Source: Acidimicrobiia bacterium (lineage in GTDB: Bacteria > Actinomycetota > Acidimicrobiia > Acidimicrobiales > Bin134). From it: DNA of 64,000 bases. Of the stretch, positions 31,222 through 41,676 are shown in pieces. The stretch spans positions 144,092 to 208,091 of the forward strand of contig VYCQ01000023.1 in the NCBI GenBank assembly GCA_009843865.1, in the 5' to 3' direction. Under the pieces are notes generated by a model that saw only the letters and a program-made list of their open reading frames with translations, was not told where the DNA came from and did not search any database. The translations under genes and the position numbers were made by a program. Each line of letters starts with the position of its first letter. Within the stretch, counting starts at the first letter, position 1.

Positions 31222-31851
31222 TTATTGGATGCTAATGGCATGATTGCTAATGAGCTTGTCCCACACCTTGTCTACCGCGTCTGCCAAATCATCCAAACTA
31301 CCATTGTTGTGGATCACATAATTAGCTAGCGCGCGACGTTGCCTGTCGCTGGCTTGGCTATCCATGCGAGCCTTAGCTTGTTGTTTGTTGAGCCCTCGCC
31401 GAATCAGCCGTCGCATGCGCACTTCTTCGGGGGCCTCAACTACCACCACCCTGCTGTAGCCCTTGCCGGAGGGCAATTGTCCCAAACAGCTTTCGATCAG
31501 CACTGCCATATCTAACACCACAACATCCACATCTACACGTTCGGCGAATGCCGCTAGGCGCTGTTCTAACACTGCATTGATGGCCGGGTGGCTGATGATC
31601 TCAAGGGCCTTTAACCGTTCGGGCTGCGCAAACACCTCAGCAGCTAATTTGGCCCGATCTATGTTGCCGTTTTTATCTATAATTTTTTGTCCGAAAACCT
31701 CAATCACTGCTTGGGCGGCAGGGTTTTGTGGTTCTAAGACTTCCCGTCCTATGGCATCCACATCAATCACCACCGCACCTAGCTCACCAAAGCGGTGTGC
31801 CACAGATGTCTTGCCAGCACCGATGCCTCCAGTAAGGCCCACGACCAACAC
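31222..31851 (-). CDS. coaE: Dephospho-CoA kinase
   Basis: GLTGGIGAGKT, IDVDAIGR, IDRAKLA, HPAI. Confidence 0.95.
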   Translation of the reverse strand: MLVVGLTGGIGAGKTSVAHRFGELGAVVIDVDAIGREVLEPQNPAAQAVIEVFGQKIIDKNGNIDRAKLAAEVFAQPERLKALEIISHPAINAVLEQRLAAFAERVDVDVVVLDMAVLIESCLGQLPSGKGYSRVVVVEAPEEVRMRRLIRRGLNKQQAKARMDSQASDRQRRALANYVIHNNGSLDDLADAVDKVWDKLISNHAISIQ

Positions 31852-31891
31852 ACTATGAGGCTAGTCAATCTAAGCAGTAGCGTCTTGCAGT

Positions 31892-33265
31892 ATGACTAAA
31901 TCTGCTGAACATTTCGATCTTATAGTGGTTGGTGCCGGGTCGGGCAACAGCGTGCTCGCTGCCGATTTTGACCACTGGCGAGTTGCCATTGTGGAACGGA
32001 ACACTTTTGGGGGTACCTGTTTGAATAGGGGTTGTATACCATCCAAGATGTTTGTCTACGCCGCCGATGTTGCCCACCAAGCTGGCAACACCGCCAATTT
32101 GGGAGTAGACAGCTCTTTAAACGGAGTACGGTGGGGGGACATTGTAAACCGTGTCTTTGGCCGGATAGACCCCATCGCTCAAAGCGGAGAGGAGTACCGT
32201 CAAAGCCAGCCTAACGTCACTGTTTTCAAAGGCCAGGCACGCTTTATAGGCCACAAGACATTAGATGTAAACGGGCAGCAAATTAGCGGCGAGCAAATCA
32301 TCTTGGCAGCCGGTGCCCGACCCTTCGTACCACCAATTCCAGGGTTAACAAGTGCATCTGAGGCTCAAGTTGAGTATCACACCTCAGATTCGATCATGCG
32401 TTTAACGAAGCTGCCTGAGCACTTGATAATTTTGGGTGGAGGCTACATTGCTTCAGAACTAGCCCATGTTTTTAACGCGTTGGGTAGCGCTGTAACCATC
32501 GTGAATCGCTCTGAAAGGCTGTTGGCGGTTGTCGATGAAGATATCTCGGCTGCTTTTACCAAACACATGGTTGAACGGATGAATTGCATTTTGAATTCAC
32601 CGGTCATCAACGTGAAGCAAGTGGGTTCGGAGATTACGGTTACCACCAAGGCTCGCGCGATCAGCGGCGACGTTTTGCTGGTGGCTGCTGGTAGGGTGCC
32701 CAACGCCGATCAACTAGAAGTGACCTGTACCGGTGTGAATGTAGGGCCTCAAGGCCATGTGATAACTGATGAGTTCTTACGCACCAACGTGGAGGGGATC
32801 TGGGCACTAGGTGACATCTGCCACTCTATTCAGCTTAAGCACACCGCTAATGAAGATACCCGGGTGGTAGCCCACAACATCGCCCACCCCGAAGATCTAC
32901 GCCGCCCTAACTACTCGGGTATTCCCTATGCGGTGTTTTCGCATCCCCAAATTGCCTCAGTCGGTGCCACCGAACAACAGCTACGAACAGAAAAGCGCGT
33001 CTACAAGCGGGTTGTACGCTACTACTCTGATACCGCCTACGCCTGGGCTATGGAAGACACCAGCAGCTTCGTCAAACTACTAGCCGACCCGAAAACGAAC
33101 CTATTGTTGGGTGCTCACATTATCGGCCCACAAGCCCCTATCCTTATACAGCAGCTCATACAAGGCATGCAGTTCCAACTAACCGTTCAACAGATGGCAC
33201 GAGGACAGCTTTATATACACCCTGCCCTCACCGAGGTAGTAGAACAAGCTCTTTTAGAATTCTAG
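31892..33265 (+). CDS. mtr: Mycothione reductase
   Basis: GAGSGN, GGTCLNRGCIPSK, QLKHTAN, AVFSHPQIA, HPALTEVVE as in actinobacterial Mtr. Confidence 0.85.
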   Translation: MTKSAEHFDLIVVGAGSGNSVLAADFDHWRVAIVERNTFGGTCLNRGCIPSKMFVYAADVAHQAGNTANLGVDSSLNGVRWGDIVNRVFGRIDPIAQSGEEYRQSQPNVTVFKGQARFIGHKTLDVNGQQISGEQIILAAGARPFVPPIPGLTSASEAQVEYHTSDSIMRLTKLPEHLIILGGGYIASELAHVFNALGSAVTIVNRSERLLAVVDEDISAAFTKHMVERMNCILNSPVINVKQVGSEITVTTKARAISGDVLLVAAGRVPNADQLEVTCTGVNVGPQGHVITDEFLRTNVEGIWALGDICHSIQLKHTANEDTRVVAHNIAHPEDLRRPNYSGIPYAVFSHPQIASVGATEQQLRTEKRVYKRVVRYYSDTAYAWAMEDTSSFVKLLADPKTNLLLGAHIIGPQAPILIQQLIQGMQFQLTVQQMARGQLYIHPALTEVVEQALLEF

Positions 33266-33370
33266 AGAGCGCGGCTCTTTAAGGCCCCTGCGAAAAAGTT
33301 TTTACACTCCTTATATGTGTCTATGTCTATATGTGTCTATGTGTCACACGTCCTATATATATTGCTCCCC

Positions 33371-34510
33371 ATGGTGAGGTTTGTTCACACAGCCGATTGG
33401 CAGCTTGGCCAATGTCGCGACTACCTAGACGAAGATGCCCAGACGAGGCTTAATGAATCAAGAATTGAGGCCATATCGGCTATAGGGTCGTTGGCTGTTG
33501 AGGAGAGCTGCTCGTTCGTGGTGGTATGCGGTGATGTTTTCGAGCACAACCAAGTGAACCGGCGCGTGTTGAGTAGAGCACTGAGTGCCATGAAGGAGGC
33601 GCGAGATGTTGTGTTCTACCTGCTCCCCGGCAACCACGACCCGCTTAATGCGTCATCTATCTACTACTCACCAGATTTCCAAAGTCGACCTGACAACGTG
33701 TACTTGCTAGACAGCGCAGACCCTGTTGAGATTGAGCCAGGGGTTGAATTAATCGGAGCCCCATGGCCAAACAAAGAGCCGACTTCGGATCTAGTGACCG
33801 ATGCCTGTTCCTACCTGTCCGATGACGCGCTAGACAATGGGCGTGTGCGAATCGTTGTTGGCCACGGTGGGACGGATACCCTCGCTATGGGAAGAGTCGG
33901 ATCAAAAACGATCTCTACTACTTCGTTAGAGTCACTGATCGGACAAGGCCGTATCCATTATGTCGCTTTGGGGGATCGGCATTCCACAACTTCGGTAGGT
34001 AACACGGGCCGAATCTGGTATTCGGGGTCACCCGAGCCGACGGATTTTAGAGAGACAGACCCCGGCAATGTCCTTATTGTAGATGTTGATGAACAGATAG
34101 TGGAGGTAACACCTAAGCCAGTGGGGAGGTGGAGTTTTGTCGAAGAGGCGAGAGTTTTGACCTCAGGCGAGGATGTGGATTTACTCGGCGAGTGGCTAAC
34201 AGCGATTAGCGACAAAAAACGAGCCATCGTCCAACTTGATCTGAGCGGGCAGGTATCGGTGAAACAGAAAGCACGACTTGACGAAATCCTAGCTAGCTAC
34301 TGCGATGAGTTCGCTCACTTAACAGAGAAGTCTGACTGGACCAGCCTAGTGTTAATCCCAGACAACATGGACGAACAAGAGGTCGGCTTGTCTGGTTATG
34401 CCCTAGCCACATGGAATGAATTAAAAGCCGAAGCATTGTCATCTAACCCCGAAAAGGCGCGAATCGCCAAAGAGTCGTTAGCCATCATGTACCGAATAGC
34501 AAAACACTAG
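33371..34510 (+). CDS. Mre11/SbcD-like metallophosphoesterase nuclease
   Basis: HTADWQLG, CGDVF, PGNHD, VGHG, YVALGDRH, YSGSPE; TATATT 7 nt before ATG at 33371. Confidence 0.9.
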   Translation: MVRFVHTADWQLGQCRDYLDEDAQTRLNESRIEAISAIGSLAVEESCSFVVVCGDVFEHNQVNRRVLSRALSAMKEARDVVFYLLPGNHDPLNASSIYYSPDFQSRPDNVYLLDSADPVEIEPGVELIGAPWPNKEPTSDLVTDACSYLSDDALDNGRVRIVVGHGGTDTLAMGRVGSKTISTTSLESLIGQGRIHYVALGDRHSTTSVGNTGRIWYSGSPEPTDFRETDPGNVLIVDVDEQIVEVTPKPVGRWSFVEEARVLTSGEDVDLLGEWLTAISDKKRAIVQLDLSGQVSVKQKARLDEILASYCDEFAHLTEKSDWTSLVLIPDNMDEQEVGLSGYALATWNELKAEALSSNPEKARIAKESLAIMYRIAKH

Positions 34511-34512
34511 GC

Positions 34513-37140
34513 ATGAGACTCCACCGAATACATTTGACCAATTTTCGCGGAGTTCAAAACCGCTCCATTGAGTTCAACACCAACGGCATCACGATTGTCG
34601 AAGGCAACAACGAAGCAGGCAAATCCAGTATCTTCGACGCACTCCATATGGTTCTCTACGAGCGCGATTCGGCGAGGTCGCACAGGGTGAAAGATGCCCA
34701 ACCTGTCAACAGAGATGTTGGGCCTGAGGTCGCAGTCCACCTTTCTGTAGGCGAATATCAATTTGAGTACTGGAAGCGGTGGCTGAAGAACATTGGGACT
34801 ACACTGGAAATTTCGGCACCCGTTCCTGAGAACCATACTGGCAGAGCTGCTCACGAGCGGGTTGAGCAAATCCTTGCCGAGACCCTAGATGCGGACTTAT
34901 GGGACGCGTTGAGAATGCTTCAATCGGGCGATTTAAAGATGCCAGCGTTCACAGCAGAGTCATTCGGCAAAGCACTAGACATATCTACAGACAAGGTTGC
35001 GTTAGATGATTCGCTGAGCAGCTTGCGTGACAGGGTGGAAAAACATTACTTAGCCTTTTGGACCAAAACGGGCAGAGTGCCCAAGGAACGCGCCAGCAAG
35101 AAAACCGAGGCCAAAAGAGCAAGAGAGGCAAGAGATGACCTGCAATATCGAATGAACAGTGTGGATGCCGACCAAGCCAAGTTGGTGAAGCTGACAGACA
35201 CGCTCGGCCACTTGAATGATCAGGAGCGAGAACAGGCAGTCAAGCTAGAACACCTTACTGAGCAGTGGGACTCCACAGAGTCGCTTCGCCGCGATGTGGA
35301 CAGGTTTGCACTAGAGACCGGAAAAGCCAAAGCAGAATTGGAACATGCTAGAGCAGAGCAGCAAGACAGAAAACGTCTCATTGAAGAAGTTAAAACAGCC
35401 GAGAGCAGGGCCAAGAAAAGCCAAACAGATTTGTCCACAGCTAAAGAAAATCTCAAGGTGGCTGTTGAACAGGTGACAAAAGCAGAAGAAGCATTGACTT
35501 GCGCCATTAGTGTCCTTGAACACTTAACACAACACCTACAGACAGCAGAGCAAGACCGCGAGCACTATGCCCAACTCAAGCGATTAGGCGAACTGAGAGG
35601 CAACCATAACAGGGTCAAAGAGGCACAGCAGCAACAGGTTGAAGCCAAGAAAACGATTGATGTTTGCTTGAGCAGGAATGATGCTGACCGGATAGCGGAT
35701 GCCGAAGGTGCGAAGAACGCTGCCGAGGCAAGTTTCACTCAGTCTACAGCAAAGGTTATGGCCACGGCTCTGTGTACTATCGCCGTAGAGATCAATGGGG
35801 AAATGGTGTCCCTCGAACAGGGCGACATCAAAGAAAGACACGTCGTCGATGTCTGGGAACTCGTCCTCCCCGAGCAGCTGCGGGTCACCGTTCAGATAGG
35901 CGACGATTCCAAACACTTCGCCGACAAGTTTCAAGCAGCTCAAAAGCAGTACGAGACTCTCTGTTTAGAGGCTAGCGTAGCCGACACCATCGAAGCCCGT
36001 CAGCAGGCCACTGCCCGCGAAGAGGCAGAAAAATTATATCAGGAAGCAGAAAATGTCATCACAGCATGTCTTGACGGCACGATCATTGATGCGCTGGTCG
36101 CTGAGATCATCAAACAATCTGAAGTGACCGACTCTTATAAGAGCGCCAGGACCACAGACTGTCCCTTTCCTGCTGACGCTGAAGAAGCGGAAAGAGCTTT
36201 TGATGAAACAGTGCAACAACACGAAACTCAAAAAGCAGATATGGATGATTTGAAACAAGCGCTCAACGATGCCCAACGCGACTTCGCAACCGCCGAAACG
36301 AAGGTAGAACAAGCCAACAAGAGCCAAGTGGAAACCGAGAAAGGGTTGGTGATAGCCGAAACTGCTTTAGCCGACGCCCGTAAGGTCACAGATGACGATG
36401 CCGTCAAAAATAACCTAGATACCAAGTCTCAGCAGTTAAACGATTTGAGAGCATCAGAAGACAATGTCCGGTCACAATTAGAAAGCAAAAATGTCGAAGC
36501 CCTCAAGCAGTCGTTAGAAAACGCTCAAGACGATCACGAGCGAACTAAAGAAAATATCCAGGCCAATGAGCAGGAGCAGCGGAGACTAGAAGGGGCGCTT
36601 CAGCAAGCAGGCGCAGATGGAATCAGCACTTTATTGGATCAAGCCGAGAGCAAGCTGCAAGCCATTGAGCGGACGGTCCGAAGCGAAGACTTAAAAGCAG
36701 ATGCGGCAAAACTGCTCTATAAGACGTTTGAAAAGCACAGGCAGTCAGCCCACGAACGGTGCGTCGAGCCGTTTAAACAAGAGGTTGAGAAGCTCGGCCA
36801 CCTCGTATTCGGAAACGATTTCATGGTGACCTTGGACGAGAATATGAGAGTCGTGAGCCGTACCCTGAATCAAGAAACGTTGAGCTTAGATCAGCTCAGC
36901 ACAGGCACCCGCGAGCAGATCGGGGTATTGTGTCGACTGGCTTGCGCGTCTATCACAAGCATCGACGGTAAAGGTGCTCCCGTTGTCATCGACGATGCTC
37001 TCGGTTGGAGCGACTCGGATCGCTTGCAAACGATGGGCCAAGCCATCACTCAAGCAGGTAAAAGGTGTCAGGTCGTCATCCTCACTTGCATGGCTAGCAG
37101 GTACGGGAATGTAGGCGAGGCTAGAACAGTTCGACTCTGA
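34513..37140 (+). CDS. Rad50/SbcC-like coiled-coil ATPase
   Basis: NFRG, Walker A GNNEAGKS, long coiled coil, LSTGTREQ signature, Walker B VVIDDALG. Confidence 0.88.
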   Translation: MRLHRIHLTNFRGVQNRSIEFNTNGITIVEGNNEAGKSSIFDALHMVLYERDSARSHRVKDAQPVNRDVGPEVAVHLSVGEYQFEYWKRWLKNIGTTLEISAPVPENHTGRAAHERVEQILAETLDADLWDALRMLQSGDLKMPAFTAESFGKALDISTDKVALDDSLSSLRDRVEKHYLAFWTKTGRVPKERASKKTEAKRAREARDDLQYRMNSVDADQAKLVKLTDTLGHLNDQEREQAVKLEHLTEQWDSTESLRRDVDRFALETGKAKAELEHARAEQQDRKRLIEEVKTAESRAKKSQTDLSTAKENLKVAVEQVTKAEEALTCAISVLEHLTQHLQTAEQDREHYAQLKRLGELRGNHNRVKEAQQQQVEAKKTIDVCLSRNDADRIADAEGAKNAAEASFTQSTAKVMATALCTIAVEINGEMVSLEQGDIKERHVVDVWELVLPEQLRVTVQIGDDSKHFADKFQAAQKQYETLCLEASVADTIEARQQATAREEAEKLYQEAENVITACLDGTIIDALVAEIIKQSEVTDSYKSARTTDCPFPADAEEAERAFDETVQQHETQKADMDDLKQALNDAQRDFATAETKVEQANKSQVETEKGLVIAETALADARKVTDDDAVKNNLDTKSQQLNDLRASEDNVRSQLESKNVEALKQSLENAQDDHERTKENIQANEQEQRRLEGALQQAGADGISTLLDQAESKLQAIERTVRSEDLKADAAKLLYKTFEKHRQSAHERCVEPFKQEVEKLGHLVFGNDFMVTLDENMRVVSRTLNQETLSLDQLSTGTREQIGVLCRLACASITSIDGKGAPVVIDDALGWSDSDRLQTMGQAITQAGKRCQVVILTCMASRYGNVGEARTVRL

Positions 37141-37332
37141 TCGGACATTTCAGCTTGACGAAACAGACAATAGCATGTAATTGAACCGCGCCATGAATAA
37201 TTTGTAAGGAAATCATTACATAGAAGTCCATCACATAGAAGGATTGTGAGGCAACCATGCCACTGCTATAAGGCTTGCTAAAGGCTACAGTTCTGTCAAC
37301 AGCAACCACAGTGCCGATAGCCTTAACTTACA

Positions 37333-38430
37333 GTGAGTAGTTCAACGGGGAGGTTATTTCGGGTCACCACTTTTGGTGAATCCCATGGCGGAGGTATCGG
37401 CGCGGTGGTGGACGGTTGTCCGCCACGCCTGCCGCTCACTACCGAACTAATCCAGCGCGACTTAGATCGTCGTCGCCCGGGACAAAGCAAGCTCACAACA
37501 CAGCGTAATGAAGCTGATCGTGTAGAAATCCTTTCTGGCGTGTTTGAGGGTCAAACCCTGGGGTCGACAATTACTCTTTTGGTACGCAATGCTGATGCCA
37601 GCCCTAATGCCTACGAACATCTCAAAGACGTATACCGACCTTCTCATGCCGACTTCACTACATATGCCAAATTCGGTATTCGTAACTGGCAAGGCGGCGG
37701 ACGTGCGAGCGCCCGCGAGACGGTTGGCCGAGTTGGTGCTGGTGCCATTGCACGTTTGCTGCTGTGTTCAGCAGCAAACGTGCAGGTCTTGGCTTGGGTG
37801 AGACAAATCGCTGACATCGCTGCTGATGTTGACCCAGAGGCAATCACCCTGGATCAAGTGGAAGCTCATCCCACTCGATGTCCCGCCAGCGATGTGGCAG
37901 AAGCCATGGCGAAGGCCATTGAAGCAGCACGTCGTGATGGCAATTCTCTAGGTGGGATCGTGGAATGCGTGGCCAAAGGTGTGCCCGCTGGCTTAGGCGA
38001 ACCGGTGTTTGACAAACTTGAGGCCGACTTAGCTAAAGCTGTTTTGTCTATTCCTGCAACCAAGGGTTTTGAGATCGGCTCAGGCTTTGGTGCTACTACC
38101 ATGACCGGTAGAGATCACAACGATCCGTTTGTGCCGGGCACTATGGGACAACCTCGTACTTCTTCTAATCGCTCCGGTGGCGTACAAGGGGGAATTAGCA
38201 ACGGTGAGGACATCGTGATTCGAGTGGCGTTTAAACCAACAGCCACAATCGCCTCAACCCAAGACACTGTAGATAACCAGAATAACCCCGTAGCTTTAGA
38301 AGCAAAAGGCCGTCACGATCCTTGCGTTTTACCTCGTGCAGTGCCCATCGTTGAAGCACAAGTGCTTTTGGTATTAGCAGATCACTGGCTACGCCAACAA
38401 GCAACAGATGTGCTGCCCCGCAATGGCTAA
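37333..38430 (+). CDS. aroC: Chorismate synthase
   Basis: [35 protein letters not shown]. Confidence 0.98.
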   Translation: MSSSTGRLFRVTTFGESHGGGIGAVVDGCPPRLPLTTELIQRDLDRRRPGQSKLTTQRNEADRVEILSGVFEGQTLGSTITLLVRNADASPNAYEHLKDVYRPSHADFTTYAKFGIRNWQGGGRASARETVGRVGAGAIARLLLCSAANVQVLAWVRQIADIAADVDPEAITLDQVEAHPTRCPASDVAEAMAKAIEAARRDGNSLGGIVECVAKGVPAGLGEPVFDKLEADLAKAVLSIPATKGFEIGSGFGATTMTGRDHNDPFVPGTMGQPRTSSNRSGGVQGGISNGEDIVIRVAFKPTATIASTQDTVDNQNNPVALEAKGRHDPCVLPRAVPIVEAQVLLVLADHWLRQQATDVLPRNG

Positions 38431-38476
38431 ACCAACATTGATTTAGCTAACGGTACATTAGACAGAACTCAAGCAG

Positions 38477-39238
38477 ATGCCAGTAAAACAGTTCCAACAT
38501 GAACCAGAAGAGCAAACAAAAAGCTTCAAGCAGGCTCTGCTCAATAACCTAAATAATAACAACAGCTCAAGTATCGCGATCATTGCTGAGATCAAAAGAC
38601 GTTCTCCTTCACGAGGTGACCTTAATGCCGAGCTGAATCCGGCTCACATAGCAGTTGCTTATCGCGATGGCGGTGCTAGCTGTTTGTCGGTGCTTACCAA
38701 CCAGACCATGTTTAGCGGTAGTATCGACGACCTCAAACAAGCAGCTCAAGCATCAGGACTACCTGTTTTGCGTAAGGACTTCATCACCACCACTCAAGAT
38801 GTCTATGACTCTCAGCAAATGGGTGCGGCTGCTGTTTTGCTGATAGTGGCTGATCTTTTGCTGCCTACACATAAGGGACCGGATCTCGCTGAATTGCACC
38901 ACCTCGCATTGACTCTAGGAATGGATGCGCTCGTTGAGGTGAAGTCTTCTCGTGAGCTTGAAGTTGCTCTAGCAGCAGGTGCTCAGATTATCGGTGTCAA
39001 TCAGAGGGCCAAGCCCAAGAGCCAGACCTACACGATGGACTTTCAACGTGCCGAGCGGATGGCATCGCTGCTGCCAGACCATGTTGTGAAAGTAGCCGAA
39101 TCTGGTATCGCAGTTACAGGAGGAACGAGCATTGCCACGATACGTCAAGCTGGTTATCACGCTGCGCTCATCGGTGAGGCTTTGGTGACCGCCGAAGACC
39201 CTGCAATGCGTCTTCGGGAACTGCTGGCGCAAGATTAA
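38477..39238 (+). CDS. trpC: Indole-3-glycerol phosphate synthase (N-terminally short, divergent)
   Basis: IAEIKRRSPSRG, LSVLT, PVLRKDFI, GVNQR, VAESGI, LIGEALV. Confidence 0.85.
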   Translation: MPVKQFQHEPEEQTKSFKQALLNNLNNNNSSSIAIIAEIKRRSPSRGDLNAELNPAHIAVAYRDGGASCLSVLTNQTMFSGSIDDLKQAAQASGLPVLRKDFITTTQDVYDSQQMGAAAVLLIVADLLLPTHKGPDLAELHHLALTLGMDALVEVKSSRELEVALAAGAQIIGVNQRAKPKSQTYTMDFQRAERMASLLPDHVVKVAESGIAVTGGTSIATIRQAGYHAALIGEALVTAEDPAMRLRELLAQD

Positions 39239-39349
39239 ACGGAAAGCTCTGAGCTGCTGGTCGCGTTAAGATACAGTGCATTAAGACGCAACCGACCCTC
39301 AGCTGAGCTGGAACGGATCCCTAAAGACACCACACATGAGCAACCACAC

Positions 39350-40234
39350 ATGAAGTTAACCAACAGCGTCGTTATCAGGTCTTTGGCACTGCTATTTGCC
39401 GTAGCTTTAGTTTGTATGGCTTGCAGCTCAGATAGCTCAACCGCGTCTCACACAGGGACACCTGTAACTAGCACGCCCAATCAAGCTCCAAGCGATATTA
39501 GCAGCGATCCAGCAACAACTTCACCCACCTCTGAAACCATGCAAGCTCAGACCCCTGTTCCTACTACTAGGGTTGAGCAGCCAGTACCTTTCGATCAGAG
39601 TCAAACCCCAGAGCCAGTTTCTGATTCTGCTGAAACACCAACACCGCAATCCGGGCAAAACTCTGCGCAGAACCCCTCAGCAACTCAAGCCCCAGAACCG
39701 CAAACAGAACCCCAGACCACCCCACCAACCGAGCAACAAGCTACGCCTCAACCCACCCCTACCAGGCCATTAGCTACACCATCGTCAAGCGCAACTCCCA
39801 CATCAAAACCAACACCAATCCCCGAATCGGATCTGCCATCCATCAACGTTATCAACGTTACCAGCGGCGCAACTGTAAACCTCGCAAGCTTTGCGCCAGG
39901 CCAAAAGCCCATTGTGTTGTGGTTTTGGGCACCCCATTGATCTACTTGCCGCCGGGAAGCATCCGGCCTCGAGCAGTTGGCTCGACAGAACAGCGACAAG
40001 TTCACCCTCATCGGCTTGGGGGCACAAGACAGCCTCTCGCACGCTGAGAGTTTCGTAAGCTCCACTGGTACTACCTTTACCATGCTTTGGGACTCATCAG
40101 GAGCCTCCTGGCGAGAGCTAAGTGTTTTTGGTCAACCCAGTTTGATCGTCATGGATCGCTATGGTCGCGAAACCGACCGCCGTGGTGGTGTTTCACCAAG
40201 TTGGATTCTGCACGCGATTGAAAACATTAATTAA
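39350..40234 (+). CDS. Putative selenoprotein: lipoprotein TlpA/DsbE-like thioredoxin with UxxC active site (UGA at 39938-39940)
   Basis: ORFs 39350-39940 and 39977-40234 share one frame; read-through gives WFWAPH-U-STCRREA...GQP, a complete thioredoxin fold; signal peptide with MAC lipobox and P/T/Q-rich linker. Confidence 0.8.
39951..39967 (+). promoter_or_regulatory. Candidate bacterial SECIS hairpin
   Basis: GCCGG-GAAGCAT-CCGGC starts 10 nt after the in-frame UGA. Confidence 0.6.
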
Positions 40235-40245
40235 ATAATCTCAGA

Positions 40246-41292
40246 TCAGACAAACGGCAACTTCGCCACCTGAGCAGGCACCTCGGTGCCTCGCATGTTT
40301 AATGCCACAGCATCACCAACTTGTACATTGGGAGACATAAAAGCCAAAGCGATACCGGTTTCCAAAGTGGGTGAAAAATTGCCTGAGGTGACCTCGCCAA
40401 TAACCTGCTTGTGGCGCATCACCTGTTGACCTTGTCTAGGTGGACGACGCCCTTCAACGATCAAACCCCTTAAGCGACGAGCAACACCACGGTCCTTCTC
40501 AGCGAAAAGTGCCTCACGTCCCTTAAACGTTGGTTTATTCCAACTCACCACCCAACCCAGCCCGGCCTGCAATGGGGTGATGGCTGGGCCTAACTCGTGT
40601 CCGTGTAAGGGAAACCCTGCCTCTAAACGTAAGGTGTCACGCGCTCCCAACCCCGCCGGAACAATGCCCGATGCAAGCAACGCATCCCAAAGCCGCGAAG
40701 CCGCCTCTTGCGGTACTGCAATCTCTACACCGTCTTCACCGGTGTAACCAGTACCTGCCACCATGAGTTCCACCTCCTCCCACCGAACAGTTGTCACGCA
40801 ATTACGTTTAACCGCAGCAGCGCCGGGGCAAACCGAAGCCAACTGTTGCCTAGCTTGTGGTCCTTGCACTGCAAGCAGGGCTCTAGTAGCAGTAACATCT
40901 ATACCACCCACCACAGCACTCACCCGCTTGGTGTTAGATGCGTTAGGTATCACCTCAAAACTCTGTTCAGCCACCCACCAAACAATGATGTCATCCATCA
41001 CAGAGCCATCGTCTTCTAGCAGATGTGTGTACTGGGTTTGACCGGGGCCAATCTTGCTCAGATCGTTCGTCAAGGTCTTTTGCAAACGAATAAATGCATC
41101 AGCGCCAACTACCTGAAGTGTCCCCAGATGACTTACGTCAAACACCACCGCAGTGGTGCGACAGGCCCTGTGTTCTGCCAAGGTTCCCGAAGGGTAGGAC
41201 AAAGGCATCTCCCATCCCCCAAATGGCACCATCTTGGCGTAGAGCTTGCGATGGTCGCTGTCTAACACAGACAAGCGCACCTCGGCCCCCAC
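40246..41292 (-). CDS. gcvT: Glycine cleavage aminomethyltransferase T
   Basis: MVPFGGWEMP, FDVSHLG, TGYTGEDGVE, GLGARDTLRLEAG. Confidence 0.97.
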   Translation of the reverse strand: MGAEVRLSVLDSDHRKLYAKMVPFGGWEMPLSYPSGTLAEHRACRTTAVVFDVSHLGTLQVVGADAFIRLQKTLTNDLSKIGPGQTQYTHLLEDDGSVMDDIIVWWVAEQSFEVIPNASNTKRVSAVVGGIDVTATRALLAVQGPQARQQLASVCPGAAAVKRNCVTTVRWEEVELMVAGTGYTGEDGVEIAVPQEAASRLWDALLASGIVPAGLGARDTLRLEAGFPLHGHELGPAITPLQAGLGWVVSWNKPTFKGREALFAEKDRGVARRLRGLIVEGRRPPRQGQQVMRHKQVIGEVTSGNFSPTLETGIALAFMSPNVQVGDAVALNMRGTEVPAQVAKLPFV

Positions 41293-41645
41293 TAGCTTCT
41301 ACCGGCGCAAGTTAGGTTGCCTTGGGTGCCCGAGGTGTCTTCAAACCCATATTTGGTTAACAAATTCTGATAGTCCCGCTGACACAACACCATCAAATCC
41401 ACCTCGGGATAAGCTTCGCGAAGTCGACGTACCTTAGCATTCTTGCGTGTGATGTATTTTTGGCGGGTGGTGGTGATTTCCACATAGCGGTCAAATCTCG
41501 GAAGGTAGAAGTCTGGAGTGAAAGCCTCTGTTACCTCACCCAATTCATTGCGAGCGAGCACAAAGGTTGTGGGTTCATAGCTCCACTCAATGCCATAAAA
41601 GTCCAGCAACTCTGCGAACTGCCGTTCAGAGTTGTGGGCGAACAC
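41292..41645 (-). CDS. Small PD-(D/E)xK-like nuclease-fold protein
   Basis: SERQFA..LD..GI.W.YEP, FTPDFYLP, YVEITT; its stop overlaps the gcvT start. Confidence 0.65.
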   Translation of the reverse strand: MFAHNSERQFAELLDFYGIEWSYEPTTFVLARNELGEVTEAFTPDFYLPRFDRYVEITTTRQKYITRKNAKVRRLREAYPEVDLMVLCQRDYQNLLTKYGFEDTSGTQGNLTCAGRS

Positions 41646-41676
41646 GCTAGCTGCTCTCTGCTAGCCCAAGATTGGT

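Noticed and set aside
31892-33265. Dihydrolipoamide dehydrogenase (GCS L protein)
   Set aside because: Motifs GAGSGN, QLKHTAN and HPALTEVVE fit mycothione reductase better
39938-39940. Genome-wide UGA reassignment to Trp or Gly
   Set aside because: Several conserved genes end at TGA at their expected C-termini, and both internal TGAs fall on Cys columns
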